Shown here one piece after another: positions 46,564-56,055 of a stretch of DNA of 64,000 nt (positions are counted from its first letter, which is position 1; every line of letters begins with the position of its first letter). This stretch comes from Planctomycetota bacterium (GTDB taxonomy: Bacteria; Planctomycetota; PLA2; JAEUHO01): assembly GCA_965223505.1 (NCBI GenBank), contig CBDCWP010000021.1:160001-224000 (forward strand). Direction: 5' to 3'. The notes beneath the pieces are model-generated. The model made no database searches, was not told the origin of the DNA, and was given only the letters and a program-made list of their open reading frames with translations. A program made the position numbers and the translations under genes.

Positions 46564-47853
46564 TCAATCCGGTTCGTACCGGTTGACCGCGTCGCCCCCG
46601 CCGCGCTTCGCCGCCAGCATCGCTTCATCCGCGAGCGAGAGCAGCAAGTCCGTCTTCTTGCCCTCTTTCTCGGCGACGTCGGCCGACGTCGCGATGCCAA
46701 CGCTGACACGCATCTCGATGTCACGGTCCGGGCCGTATTGGTTCTCGGCGACCTCGGCCCGCAGACGGTCCGCAACGAGGCCCGCGGCGGCGCCGTCCGT
46801 GTTCGGGAGCAGGATGCAGAACTCGTCCCCCCCGTAGCGGGCGAGCACGTCGCCGTCGCGCAGCCCCGAACGGAGAACGCGCGCGACATCGCAGAGCACG
46901 GCGTCGCCGACGGCGTGGCCGCGCTCGTCGTTGACGCTCTTGAAGCCGTCCTGGTCGATCATGAGCACCGCGAGCGGATCGCCGTAGCGGACCGCGCGCG
47001 CCATCTCGCGCTCGAGCACCTCGAGGAAGTACCCGCGGTTGTAGATGCGCGTGAGCGGGTCGCGCGAAGCCTGCTCGGCGAGACGCCGATTCGCGGCGCG
47101 CAAGGCGTCCTCCATGGCGACCCGATCGGACACGTCGCGCAGCGTCAACACGAGACCGTCCATGCGACCGCCTGCCCGCGTGACGGGGGAGAGCGTGACG
47201 ATGCAGGGCACGCGTTCGCCGGACTCCGTCGCGACCTCGACCTCGCCGGCCCACTCGCCGCCGACGTGCACGGCCGCGAAGAGATCCGCCTTCACGCGCG
47301 GTTGCTGCTCGAGGGGGAAGAGGTCGGCCAAGGTCCCCCAGGCGGGCTTGGTGCTGTCGCAGCCGAGCAGGCGCGCGCCGGCCGCGTTCACGAACTCGAT
47401 CGCTCCCGTGCGGTCGGCGATCAGCACCGGCGCCGCCGTGGAGGACAGGGCATCCGCCAACCGGGACGTGCGGTCGCGGGACGCGGCGCGATCGCAGGCG
47501 CCTTCCAGGCGGGCGCCGAGCGTCGCAAGATAGGCGCCGCCCTCGTCCGTCACGATGAAGTCGAGCGCACCGAGCCGGGTGGCCTCGACCCAACGCGACG
47601 CCGCCTCGTCGTCGCCGAGCACGACGACGGGAACGTGCGAGGTCATCCGCACCGCGGCCTGCAGGAAGTCGAGCGCGGACATGTCGCTCATGCGCTCTTC
47701 GAGCAGCACCATCGCAGGCGGGACGGGACGGGCCAGCGCCGCGAGCGCCGAGCCCCCCGAATTGACGACCTCCGTCCGGTGCCCGGCGCTGTCCAGGGCC
47801 GCGCCGATCGTGCGCCAGCGCTCCGGGTTGTGCTCGACGATCAGGATGTGCAC
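46564..47853 (-). CDS. diguanylate cyclase, pseudo-REC-PAS-GGDEF
   Basis: DPLTRIYNR, FKSVND, RDGD I-site, RYGGDEF. Confidence 0.9.
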   Translation of the reverse strand: MHILIVEHNPERWRTIGAALDSAGHRTEVVNSGGSALAALARPVPPAMVLLEERMSDMSALDFLQAAVRMTSHVPVVVLGDDEAASRWVEATRLGALDFIVTDEGGAYLATLGARLEGACDRAASRDRTSRLADALSSTAAPVLIADRTGAIEFVNAAGARLLGCDSTKPAWGTLADLFPLEQQPRVKADLFAAVHVGGEWAGEVEVATESGERVPCIVTLSPVTRAGGRMDGLVLTLRDVSDRVAMEDALRAANRRLAEQASRDPLTRIYNRGYFLEVLEREMARAVRYGDPLAVLMIDQDGFKSVNDERGHAVGDAVLCDVARVLRSGLRDGDVLARYGGDEFCILLPNTDGAAAGLVADRLRAEVAENQYGPDRDIEMRVSVGIATSADVAEKEGKKTDLLLSLADEAMLAAKRGGGDAVNRYEPD

Positions 47854-47884
47854 GGATCCTCGATCTCCCGTTCTCGCAGGCAGC

Positions 47885-48649
47885 CTACCCCATGATCGAG
47901 TAGCCGCCGTCCACCACAATCGTCTGACCGACGATCATCGAGGCCAAGGGACTCGTCAGGAAGAGAACCGTATCGGCCACATCCGCCGGCTCGATGAGCT
48001 TGCCCGCGGGCGTCCGCCGGGCGCTCTCCGTGAGCAGCTGTTCCCGGTTCGGGAAGTACTTGAGCGCATCCGTGTCCACGACGCCGGCCGAGATCGCGTT
48101 CACGTTCACGCCGCGCGGCGCGAGCTCGATGGCCAGGTGCCGGATGAGGCTCTCCAGGGCCGCCTTGCTGGCGCCGACCGCGGCGTAGTTCGGAATGGCG
48201 CGCACCGCGCCGATGCTGGACACGGCCACGATGTGCCCGCCGTCCCGCATGAGCGGCACGCCGTACTGCGCAATGGGCAGCAGCGCCGCGGCGTTGATGT
48301 CCATCGTCCAGTGCCAGTGCCGCTGGGTCAGCTCCATCGCGGGCTTGATCACGCCGGACGCGGCATTGCTGACGATGATGTCCAGGTCGCCCCACGCCTC
48401 GCCGATCTGCGCGAACATCGACTCGAGGTTGGTCGTGTCGGCGACGTTGCATCGGAGCAGCAACGAGGAACGCCCCGCGGCCTCGACTGCGGCCGCCGTC
48501 TCCTGGGCGGGTTTCTTGTTGCGCACGTAGTTGATGGCCACGTCGCAGCCGGCTTCGGCCAGGCGCAGCGCGATCGCGCGGCCGATTCCGCGGCTACCGC
48601 CCGTCACCAGCACCTTCTTGCCGGTCAGTCCGATTCCGATGGTCGACAT
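47885..48649 (-). CDS. fabL: SDR, enoyl-ACP reductase FabL-like
   Basis: TGGSRGIG, VSNAASGV, NYAAVGASKAALE, VDTDALKYFP. Confidence 0.8.
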   Translation of the reverse strand: MSTIGIGLTGKKVLVTGGSRGIGRAIALRLAEAGCDVAINYVRNKKPAQETAAAVEAAGRSSLLLRCNVADTTNLESMFAQIGEAWGDLDIIVSNAASGVIKPAMELTQRHWHWTMDINAAALLPIAQYGVPLMRDGGHIVAVSSIGAVRAIPNYAAVGASKAALESLIRHLAIELAPRGVNVNAISAGVVDTDALKYFPNREQLLTESARRTPAGKLIEPADVADTVLFLTSPLASMIVGQTIVVDGGYSIMG

Positions 48650-48753
48650 GATCCCTCCGCGCCGCGCGGTTCAACGGTACCCTAGAAGCTCACGAGACGC
48701 ATGGAGCGCCGGGGGGGCGCTCGCGGGGATCGTCGGTGGAACGCGGAGGCCGC

Positions 48754-49122
48754 ATGATCACCACCCGGACTTGGACAGGGCTCGTCATGACGCTGGTCGG
48801 CATCGCGCTCGTCGGCTGCGGTTCGACGAGCGAGGCACGGCAATCGGAAGGCAGCGGAACGCCGGCGGCGCACGCCGGCCCGGACCCTGCGGCGCAAGCA
48901 CCGCCGACGGCGAACGCCACCGGCACGACGGACAAGGGCTCGCGCTATCTCGAGTTCTCCGACCCCATCGGAGCGGTGCCGGTCGAGTCCGACCCGCTCG
49001 GCAACGAAACCGCCTGGTCGCCGCCGGCATCGCCGCCGCCGGCCCAGCCCGACGTCCTGGGACGTCCGCCGCCCCACGCGCACAAGGTGCCGCCGCTGCC
49101 GCCGCTCGAGGACGACGAGTAA
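48754..49122 (+). CDS. small Pro-rich lipoprotein
   Basis: GGAGG RBS; LVGC lipobox. Confidence 0.6.
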   Translation: MITTRTWTGLVMTLVGIALVGCGSTSEARQSEGSGTPAAHAGPDPAAQAPPTANATGTTDKGSRYLEFSDPIGAVPVESDPLGNETAWSPPASPPPAQPDVLGRPPPHAHKVPPLPPLEDDE

Positions 49123-49201
49123 GGACGGCGAACGTCCACCCCGCGACGGGTGGCTACACTTGCGGCGGGCGACGGTTCCGAGGGTTTGCACGGAGTGCTG
49201 A

Positions 49202-50026
49202 ATGCGTCGCATGCACCTGCTGTTGGGCGGGCTTGCGGTTCTGGTGATCGCGAGCGTCGCCATTGCCGTGACGAGCATCGATCGCGAGGATGAAGGTCCG
49301 TTCGTCATCTCCCCGCCGAACCACGACTTCGGGCGCCTCATGCAGGGCGAGGTGCGCTCGAAGACGTTCACGATCAAGAACAACACCGGCGTGGACGTGG
49401 TGTTGCGCCAGTTCAAGTCGAGCTGCACCGCGTGCCTGAACGTCGAGAGGATGCCGCAGCCGCTGCTGCCGCGCGGCGGCGAGACGACCGTGACGGTGCA
49501 CCTGGACACGGGCAAGGTCCCACCGCAACAGCTGCGCAAGCGCATCGAGATCTGGACCAACTACGGCCCGGTCCCGCAGCTGTTCATCCCGATCTCGGCG
49601 GACACGTTCGCGCCGTACAAGGTCAACGTACAAGCGCTCCACCTGGGGAAGATCGACGGCAGCAAGGACGACTTCGAGCCGCGCGTCATCTCGGTCCGCG
49701 CCGAGCCCGGGTTCGTGGTGGCGCCCAATGCGAACGACATGTGGAAACAGGGACTCTCCTCGTTCACGCACGAGAAGTTCTTCGACGTCGGGATCGAGAC
49801 GAAGAAGGACGGTTACGACGTCGTCTTGACGCTTCGCAAGGAAGCGCTGGTGCGCCCGCACCCGCCGAAGCTGAAGGGGCACCTGCTGCTGAAGGTGAAA
49901 TGGGGCGAGCTGTCCGGCGCGGCGTCGGTCAAGAACGAAGACTGGCGGTTCGACGAGCGCCTGGTCGAGCTGCGGGGCACCTGGGCCCCGCCGCCGCCGG
50001 AGAAGCCGCCTGGGAAACCCAAATAG
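49202..50026 (+). CDS. DUF1573 Ig-like exported protein
   Basis: HDFG, FTIKNNT, KSSCTAC. Confidence 0.75.
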   Translation: MRRMHLLLGGLAVLVIASVAIAVTSIDREDEGPFVISPPNHDFGRLMQGEVRSKTFTIKNNTGVDVVLRQFKSSCTACLNVERMPQPLLPRGGETTVTVHLDTGKVPPQQLRKRIEIWTNYGPVPQLFIPISADTFAPYKVNVQALHLGKIDGSKDDFEPRVISVRAEPGFVVAPNANDMWKQGLSSFTHEKFFDVGIETKKDGYDVVLTLRKEALVRPHPPKLKGHLLLKVKWGELSGAASVKNEDWRFDERLVELRGTWAPPPPEKPPGKPK

Positions 50027-50091
50027 GCACCGCGCGCGTTCGGGGAGGCGCGGCGCACATCCCGTCGCCGCCGCGCTACCATCTTGGGTCC

Positions 50092-52929
50092 ATGGCTCGC
50101 ATCGCGCTGATTGCCGTCTCGCTGCTCGCCGTCAGCGCCGTCGTGTACCTGCTGATGGGCGAGGAGCTCGGCCTCGGCGGCGGCGGCGGCACGGACGGCG
50201 GCACGTTCGACGACGGCGGCTACGGCGACGATCTCACGGGCGACGCCGGACTCGCGGCCCGCGGCACGCGGCCGAGTGTCGAGGAAGAAGAGGCGGCCGC
50301 CAGGGCCGCGGCCGCGGCGCGCGCGGAGGAGGCGAAGTTCGACAAGAGCGAGGGCGTCTTCGGCCGCGTCGTCGACGGTGCGGACCAGCCGATCTCCGGC
50401 GCGAAGATCAAGCTCTTCGGCGTCACGGGCCGCAGCTTGCGAAGCGTGGACGCCAAGCACGAGATCCCACAGGGCGAGGCGACGACCGACGAAGAAGGCG
50501 AGTTCCTCGTCGGTCCGGCCGGGCCCGACCAGCACTTGAAGCTACGCGCGGAAGCGTACGGCTTCGCGCCCACGATCGTGCGCGTGCCGAAGCGGGGCGT
50601 GCGCGTCGACGTGATCCTCGACATCGGCGGTTCGCTCGAGGTCCGCGTGCTCACGATGGAGGGCGACGCGGTCGCGGGCGCGTCCGTGACCCATCACGAC
50701 CGTCAGTGGAACCCGATCGTCACGACGAAGGCGGAGACCGACAAAGCCGGCATCGCGACGTTCCCCGCGCTTCCGACCGGCCAGGGCGCGCTCGTCGTTC
50801 TCGCGAACGGCTACGCGGCGCTGAAGATCGCCAACGTCGGCGTCGCACCGAACGAGAAGGAGACACGCACGATCGTCGTCGACGAAGGCGTCCGCGTCGA
50901 GGGCAAGGTGACGGGAGAGAACGACCTGCCGATCGACGGCGCAAACGTGACGCTCCGCTATCCGGACTTCCCCGACCTCGCCGTGACCGGCCCCGTCCAG
51001 ACCGACCGCGAAGGCCGGTTCACCACGACGGCGTCGGTGCCCGTGAACGGCAAGGTCATGTTCGTCGTGGACAAGGAGGAGTACGCCCAGGAGCGCATGC
51101 AACGCAACGTGCAAGCCCAGTCCGAGGTGGCGATCAAGCTGAAGCGCCCCGGCGAGGCGCTGCGCGGGCACGTGGTCGACGCCAACAATCACGGGGTGGG
51201 CGGCGTGACCGTCACGTACGCCTGGATGAACGCGGACACCGAAGCGCCGGAGACGCGCACCGCGAGCGACGGCAGCTTCGAGCTCCAGGCGCCGTCCTGG
51301 TCGAGCCGGGGCTGGAACCTCCTGGCGATCTCCGACACCGCCGGCATCGCGACGAAGTACGTGCGCTTCGACAAGCAGGGGAAGCCGACCGGGACGATCC
51401 AGATCCAGCTCAACGGCGCGGGCACCGTGACCGGCAAGGTCACGGACGCCGGCGGCGCGCCGGTCGATGGTGCGCTCGTGCAGGCGAAGATCGACATCGG
51501 CGAGACCCAGAAGCAGCGCATGCCGGGCGTCAACGGCTACAACCTGCGCAATCTGATCGAGAACGACGCCCGGTTCAATTTCAGCGCGGTGAGCGGAGCC
51601 GACGGCTCGTACGTCCTGGCCGACATCCCGGTCGCCGCGTACCGCATCACCGCGGCGTTCGGCCTCGACCGGTCGCAGTCCGAGGAGATCGTGATCGTGT
51701 CGCCCGGTACGCCGGTCGCCGCGGACATCAAGCTGGGCGGCGGCGGCGTCATCGAGGGCTGGGTCGTCGACTCGAACGAACAGCCCATCGCCGGGGCACA
51801 GGTCAGTGCGAGCCCCGCGGGCCCGCGACGCGGCAACTACTGGTGGATGGACCGCCCCGCGGCGCGCAGCCAGAGCGACGGACGGTTCGTGCTCCGCGGC
51901 GTCTCGGACGGCACCTACAACCTCAGCGCCTGGGCGGCCGGCTACGGCGCCGGCACCGAGAACAACGTCGACGCCGGCACGGCGGACGCGACGCTGCGGA
52001 TGACGCCCCTGGGTTGGATCGACGGCGTCGTGTCCGTGGACCGCGCGCCCTTCCGCGGCACGTTCACCGTCACGGCCACACTTCGCAACAACGCCGGCGA
52101 CGGCAGCTCGCGCATGAACTCGCGCGGCTGGCGCAACAACCGCACCGAGGTCTTCAACACGGATGACGGGCGCTTCGAGCTGCGCGGTCTGACCGGCGGC
52201 GAGTACGACATCCGCGCGAGCACGAAGGCCGGCTTGATCGCGTTGCAGGCGGCGCGCGTGACGGTCGCACAGGGCCAGGGCACGCAGGACGTGCGACTCG
52301 AGCTCAGCCAGGGCGGCACCGTCTACGGGCGGATCACCAAGGAGGCGACCGGCGCGCCGATCCCCAATGCGTACGTGTACGTCCAGCTGCGCGACCAGGG
52401 CTCAGCGGACCAGAGCGGCGCGACGAGCGGGAACACGCGCGCGGATCGCAAGGGCACCTACTCGATCTCGGGCCTCGGATCGGGCGCTTACAACGTGCGA
52501 GTGTGGATGGACGGGGGGCAGAGCATCTCCGCCGCGGTCGACGTGCAGGTGGGCACGCGGCACGAGGTGAACCTGGTCGAGCGCCAACCGGGCGCGATCC
52601 AGGTCACGGTCGTCGACGAGTCGGGCGCGGTCATCGAGAACGCGCGGCCCAACGTGCGCTCCAGCACGGGTGTGGTGATCAATCCCAACTGGCAGCTCAT
52701 GCGCAAGGAGGGGTTGCTCGACAACGAGGCGAACGCATGGCACCTGGCGCGGCACACCGCCGCGGACGGGATCAATGTCCGCTATCACGTGCCGCCGGGC
52801 CGCTACGAAGTGACGGCGTACAAGCAGGGCTACGTGCTGGCGCCCGAGGGCGCCGCCTGGACCGACGTGCGCGGCGGCGCCACGTCCGCCGTGGAGGTCG
52901 TGCTCAAGAAGAAGCCCGACGGCAGCTAG
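50092..52929 (+). CDS. membrane-anchored carboxypeptidase-regulatory-like repeat protein
   Basis: N-terminal TM; repeated G.V.D..G.P..GA.V / DG.F.L modules. Confidence 0.85.
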   Translation: MARIALIAVSLLAVSAVVYLLMGEELGLGGGGGTDGGTFDDGGYGDDLTGDAGLAARGTRPSVEEEEAAARAAAAARAEEAKFDKSEGVFGRVVDGADQPISGAKIKLFGVTGRSLRSVDAKHEIPQGEATTDEEGEFLVGPAGPDQHLKLRAEAYGFAPTIVRVPKRGVRVDVILDIGGSLEVRVLTMEGDAVAGASVTHHDRQWNPIVTTKAETDKAGIATFPALPTGQGALVVLANGYAALKIANVGVAPNEKETRTIVVDEGVRVEGKVTGENDLPIDGANVTLRYPDFPDLAVTGPVQTDREGRFTTTASVPVNGKVMFVVDKEEYAQERMQRNVQAQSEVAIKLKRPGEALRGHVVDANNHGVGGVTVTYAWMNADTEAPETRTASDGSFELQAPSWSSRGWNLLAISDTAGIATKYVRFDKQGKPTGTIQIQLNGAGTVTGKVTDAGGAPVDGALVQAKIDIGETQKQRMPGVNGYNLRNLIENDARFNFSAVSGADGSYVLADIPVAAYRITAAFGLDRSQSEEIVIVSPGTPVAADIKLGGGGVIEGWVVDSNEQPIAGAQVSASPAGPRRGNYWWMDRPAARSQSDGRFVLRGVSDGTYNLSAWAAGYGAGTENNVDAGTADATLRMTPLGWIDGVVSVDRAPFRGTFTVTATLRNNAGDGSSRMNSRGWRNNRTEVFNTDDGRFELRGLTGGEYDIRASTKAGLIALQAARVTVAQGQGTQDVRLELSQGGTVYGRITKEATGAPIPNAYVYVQLRDQGSADQSGATSGNTRADRKGTYSISGLGSGAYNVRVWMDGGQSISAAVDVQVGTRHEVNLVERQPGAIQVTVVDESGAVIENARPNVRSSTGVVINPNWQLMRKEGLLDNEANAWHLARHTAADGINVRYHVPPGRYEVTAYKQGYVLAPEGAAWTDVRGGATSAVEVVLKKKPDGS

Positions 52930-52960
52930 GCTCGGCCGGCACGGCGCGGCTCATCTGCTT

Positions 52961-52979
52961 TCATTAACATCGCTCATGA
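52961..52979. promoter_or_regulatory. LysR-type T-N11-A dyad
   Basis: TCAT-TAACATCGCTC-ATGA upstream of the LysR gene. Confidence 0.6.
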
Positions 52980-53001
52980 TCGACCTCGAGACCATCGGAC
53001 C

Positions 53002-53010
53002 TGTTATGAT
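53002..53010 (+). promoter_or_regulatory. extended -10 promoter
   Basis: TGtTATGAT about 30 nt before the GTG start. Confidence 0.5.
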
Positions 53011-53039
53011 TCTTGCTCGGTCATGAATCGGGAGCCGTC

Positions 53040-53939
53040 GTGGAGCTGCGCCAGCTCGAGTCGTTTCGTGAGGTCGTGCGCGAGGGGTCGTTCACCGCCG
53101 CCGCCCGCAACCTGCACATGACCCAGCCCGCCGTGAGCCTGCACATCAAGGCGCTCGAGCAGGAGCTGGACGCGCGGTTGCTGGAGCGCGACGCCAAAGG
53201 CGTGCGTCTCACCCCGCCCGGCGAGGTCTTGCTCGAGGCGGCGGAGACGGTGTTGGCCAGCCTCGACGAGGCCTCGCGCCGCATACGCGAGCTCGAGTCG
53301 CCGGAGCGCGGCGTCCTCCTGTTGGCCTGCGGAGACACCGTCGCGTTGCACCTGTTGCCGCCGGTGCTGAAGGCGTTCCGCAAGGCGCATCCGCTGGCCG
53401 AGGTGCAGATCCAGAACCACGGCTCGAAGGAAATCGTCGAGCGCGTGATGCGGCGCGAGACCGACCTGGGCGTCGTCACCCGGCCGCCGTGGCTCGATCC
53501 GACCATCTGGGCTCGCACCATCCACGTCGAGAACCTGGTGCTCGCGCTGCCTCGCAAGCACGACCTGGCCGGCGTGAAGTCCCTCGACCTGACCCATCTC
53601 CAGGACGAGCCGGCGGTGCTGCTGGCCAAGCCGGCCGAGACCCGCTACCTGATCGACCGGGCGCTCGGCAAGGCGGGCGTCGACGTGCGCGTGGTGATGG
53701 AGTCCAGCAACCTGGAGGTCGTGAAGGCGTATGTGCGGGACGGCCTCGGGCTCTCGATCGTCCCGGAGATGGCCCTGACGGGCCAGGACCGGCGTTGGTT
53801 GGAGATTCGCGCCCTCCCGGACGCGTTCCCGCAGCGCCGCATCGCCCTGATCCGCCGCAAAGACCGCAAGCCGGGGCTGTTGGTGATGACCCTGCTCGAG
53901 CTGTTGGCGGAGCACTTCCGAGCCTACGCAGAAGACTGA
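53040..53939 (+). CDS. LysR family transcriptional regulator
   Basis: SFTAAARNLHMTQPAVSLHIKALE HTH; GGAG RBS. Confidence 0.95.
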   Translation: MELRQLESFREVVREGSFTAAARNLHMTQPAVSLHIKALEQELDARLLERDAKGVRLTPPGEVLLEAAETVLASLDEASRRIRELESPERGVLLLACGDTVALHLLPPVLKAFRKAHPLAEVQIQNHGSKEIVERVMRRETDLGVVTRPPWLDPTIWARTIHVENLVLALPRKHDLAGVKSLDLTHLQDEPAVLLAKPAETRYLIDRALGKAGVDVRVVMESSNLEVVKAYVRDGLGLSIVPEMALTGQDRRWLEIRALPDAFPQRRIALIRRKDRKPGLLVMTLLELLAEHFRAYAED

Positions 53940-54037
53940 AACCTGCGGAGCCCCGAGCGCATCGAGGGGTGTGAGGGCCGGACAGGATCACGTACGCTGC
54001 AATGACGCTCTGCACAGCCCCTTGCGAGGAACCGACG

Positions 54038-54619
54038 GTGAGCGACGTCCACGAGCGGCTGGATCCGGAGAAGCTGCTCGAGCGGTACGGCGAGCGCATC
54101 TACCGGCTGGCCTACCGGATGATGGGCAACGAGGCGGACGCCGAGGACGTCGCGCAGAACGCGCTGATCAAGATCCTCGTCAAGGGCGGTTCCTACCGCG
54201 GTGAGTCCGATCCGATGGGTTGGATCTACCGGATCGTGATCAACGAGTCGCGCGAGCTGTATCGCAAGCGCAAGCGCAAGCCTGCCGTGAGCCTCGACGC
54301 GCTCCCGATCGAATACGACGAGGCGATGCACGCGCGCGGCATCTCCGACTTCACGCGACGGCCCGATCACGACGCGATGGCGTCCGAGGTCGAGCGTCGC
54401 GTTCGCGAAGCCATCCAGGAGCTGCCCGACGGCTACCGGGAAGCGGTGGTGCTGATGGACCTGGAAGGCATGAGCTACAAGGACGCCGCGGAGGTTCTGG
54501 GTTTGACACTGGGTGGATTCAAGACGCGGCTGCACCGCGGCCGTCTGCATCTGCGCAACCGGCTGGAAGCATTCTGGAAGTCGGTCGACGAAGGCGCGGT
54601 CTCCGGAGGAAGCAAGTGA
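54038..54619 (+). CDS. ECF sigma-70 factor
   Basis: DAEDVAQ, WIYRIVIN, MSYKDAAEVLG, KTRLHRGR. Confidence 0.93.
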   Translation: MSDVHERLDPEKLLERYGERIYRLAYRMMGNEADAEDVAQNALIKILVKGGSYRGESDPMGWIYRIVINESRELYRKRKRKPAVSLDALPIEYDEAMHARGISDFTRRPDHDAMASEVERRVREAIQELPDGYREAVVLMDLEGMSYKDAAEVLGLTLGGFKTRLHRGRLHLRNRLEAFWKSVDEGAVSGGSK

Positions 54620-54891
54620 TCTCCTGCAAGGACCTGGCGGAGAAGCTGCTCCAGTTCAAGGACGGCGAGCTCTCCGAAGAAGAGACGGAGTACGTGCGCA
54701 AGCATCTCCACGTCTGCCCGCCGTGCGTGGACCTGTTCAAGACGTACGAAGAGGTCGTCGACGTGCTCGACCGGCTGAAGCCGGTCAAGATGCCGGACGG
54801 ATTCCTGGAGCGGATGAAGCGGAAGATGGCGGAACGCGGCGACATCGAGGTGGAAGGGGATCCCGGCGAGTGTCCGGAGTGTCCTGAATAG
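54616..54891 (+). CDS. soluble zinc-binding (ZAS, zf-HC2) anti-sigma factor
   Basis: C...HLHVCPPC; GTGA overlap; no TM. Confidence 0.88.
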   Translation: MISCKDLAEKLLQFKDGELSEEETEYVRKHLHVCPPCVDLFKTYEEVVDVLDRLKPVKMPDGFLERMKRKMAERGDIEVEGDPGECPECPE

Positions 54892-55017
54892 GTCGCGGAA
54901 GAAGCGCGCGCGGCGCGACGACGACGGAACTGCGTTGCAGGATTCCGCAGCCTGCTCGGGCCCTAACGACCCGAGGAAAGGGTTCTCGTTCGCTGCAGCC
55001 GCCCCGATGATGGGCCC

Positions 55018-55980
55018 ATGCGAGTCCTTCTCATCGGCGCGGCAGGCCAGGTCGGCACCGACATCATCCCGATGCTCTTGCAACGCGGCGACCACGTCAC
55101 CGCGTTCGATCTCTCGCCCAAGCCCGCGAGCTGCCCGCCCGAGGTGCACTGGATTCGGGGTGACGTCACCCTCGCGGAAGAGGTCAACGACGCCGTCCAG
55201 CAGACGCAGCCCGAACGCATCTACCACTTCGCCGCGATCCTCTCCGCGACCGGCGAGAGGGTTCCGCACCGCGCGTGGCGCGTCAACATGGACGGCACGC
55301 GCCACGTGCTCGAGGCGGCGCGTCTGTTCGGCAAGCCCGAGGTGTTCTTCACCAGCACCATCGCGGCGTTCGGCCCGGGCCTGGCTCCGCCCGTGGGAGA
55401 CGACGTACACCTGCGCCCCACGACGGTGTACGGCATCACCAAGGTCGCGGGCGAGCTGCTGGGCCGGTACTACTACGAGACGTTCGGCGTGGACTTTCGC
55501 GGCGTGCGCTTCCCCGGCTTGATCAACGCCGGCATCCCCGGCGGCGGGACCAGCGACTATGCGCTGTACATGTACGTCGAGGGCCTGCGCACGGGTGCGT
55601 ACGAGGCCTTCGTGACGCCGGAGTCGCGCATTCCCTTCATGTACATGCCGGACGCGCTGCGAGCGGTGCTCGAGCTGGCCGACGCGCCGCGCGAGAACCT
55701 CGGCCGCTGCATCTACAACATCGCGGCGATCTCGCCGACGGCCGAGGAGATCGCCGAGGCGGTGCGGGCGCGCATTCCCGGCGTCAACATCACCTTCCGC
55801 TCGGATCCCGAACGGCAGGCGATCCTGGACTCCTGGCCCCAGGCGCTCGACGACTCGAACGCGCGCAACGACTGGGGCTGGAACCACGAGTACGACCTGG
55901 CGTCGATGAGCGACGACCTCATTCCGAAGGTGCGCGCGCTCATCGAAGCGCAAGGCGGCGAGCAACCTGTACACGCGTAG
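55018..55980 (+). CDS. L-threonine 3-dehydrogenase (extended SDR)
   Basis: GAAGQVG, AAILSATGE, YGITK, PGGGTSDY, MYMPDA, RQAILDSWP. Confidence 0.85.
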   Translation: MRVLLIGAAGQVGTDIIPMLLQRGDHVTAFDLSPKPASCPPEVHWIRGDVTLAEEVNDAVQQTQPERIYHFAAILSATGERVPHRAWRVNMDGTRHVLEAARLFGKPEVFFTSTIAAFGPGLAPPVGDDVHLRPTTVYGITKVAGELLGRYYYETFGVDFRGVRFPGLINAGIPGGGTSDYALYMYVEGLRTGAYEAFVTPESRIPFMYMPDALRAVLELADAPRENLGRCIYNIAAISPTAEEIAEAVRARIPGVNITFRSDPERQAILDSWPQALDDSNARNDWGWNHEYDLASMSDDLIPKVRALIEAQGGEQPVHA

Positions 55981-56055
55981 GGTGGTCGCCCAATTGGGCA
56001 GCCACAAGGGCTGCCCGTACTTCCAATTGGGCTGCCACAGGGGCTGCCCCTACTT
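55977..56055. repeat. GTAG-type REP cluster: two tandem 33-bp units plus a truncated inverted copy
   Basis: minus strand GTAGGGGCAGCCCCTGTGGCAGCCC and GTACGGGCAGCCCTTGTGGCTGCCC; plus strand GTAGGGTGGTCGCCC. Confidence 0.75.

Noticed and set aside
55990..56055. 33-bp direct repeat as a mini CRISPR array
   Set aside because: Units abut with no spacer, no cas genes are present, and a GTAG-REP explains it better
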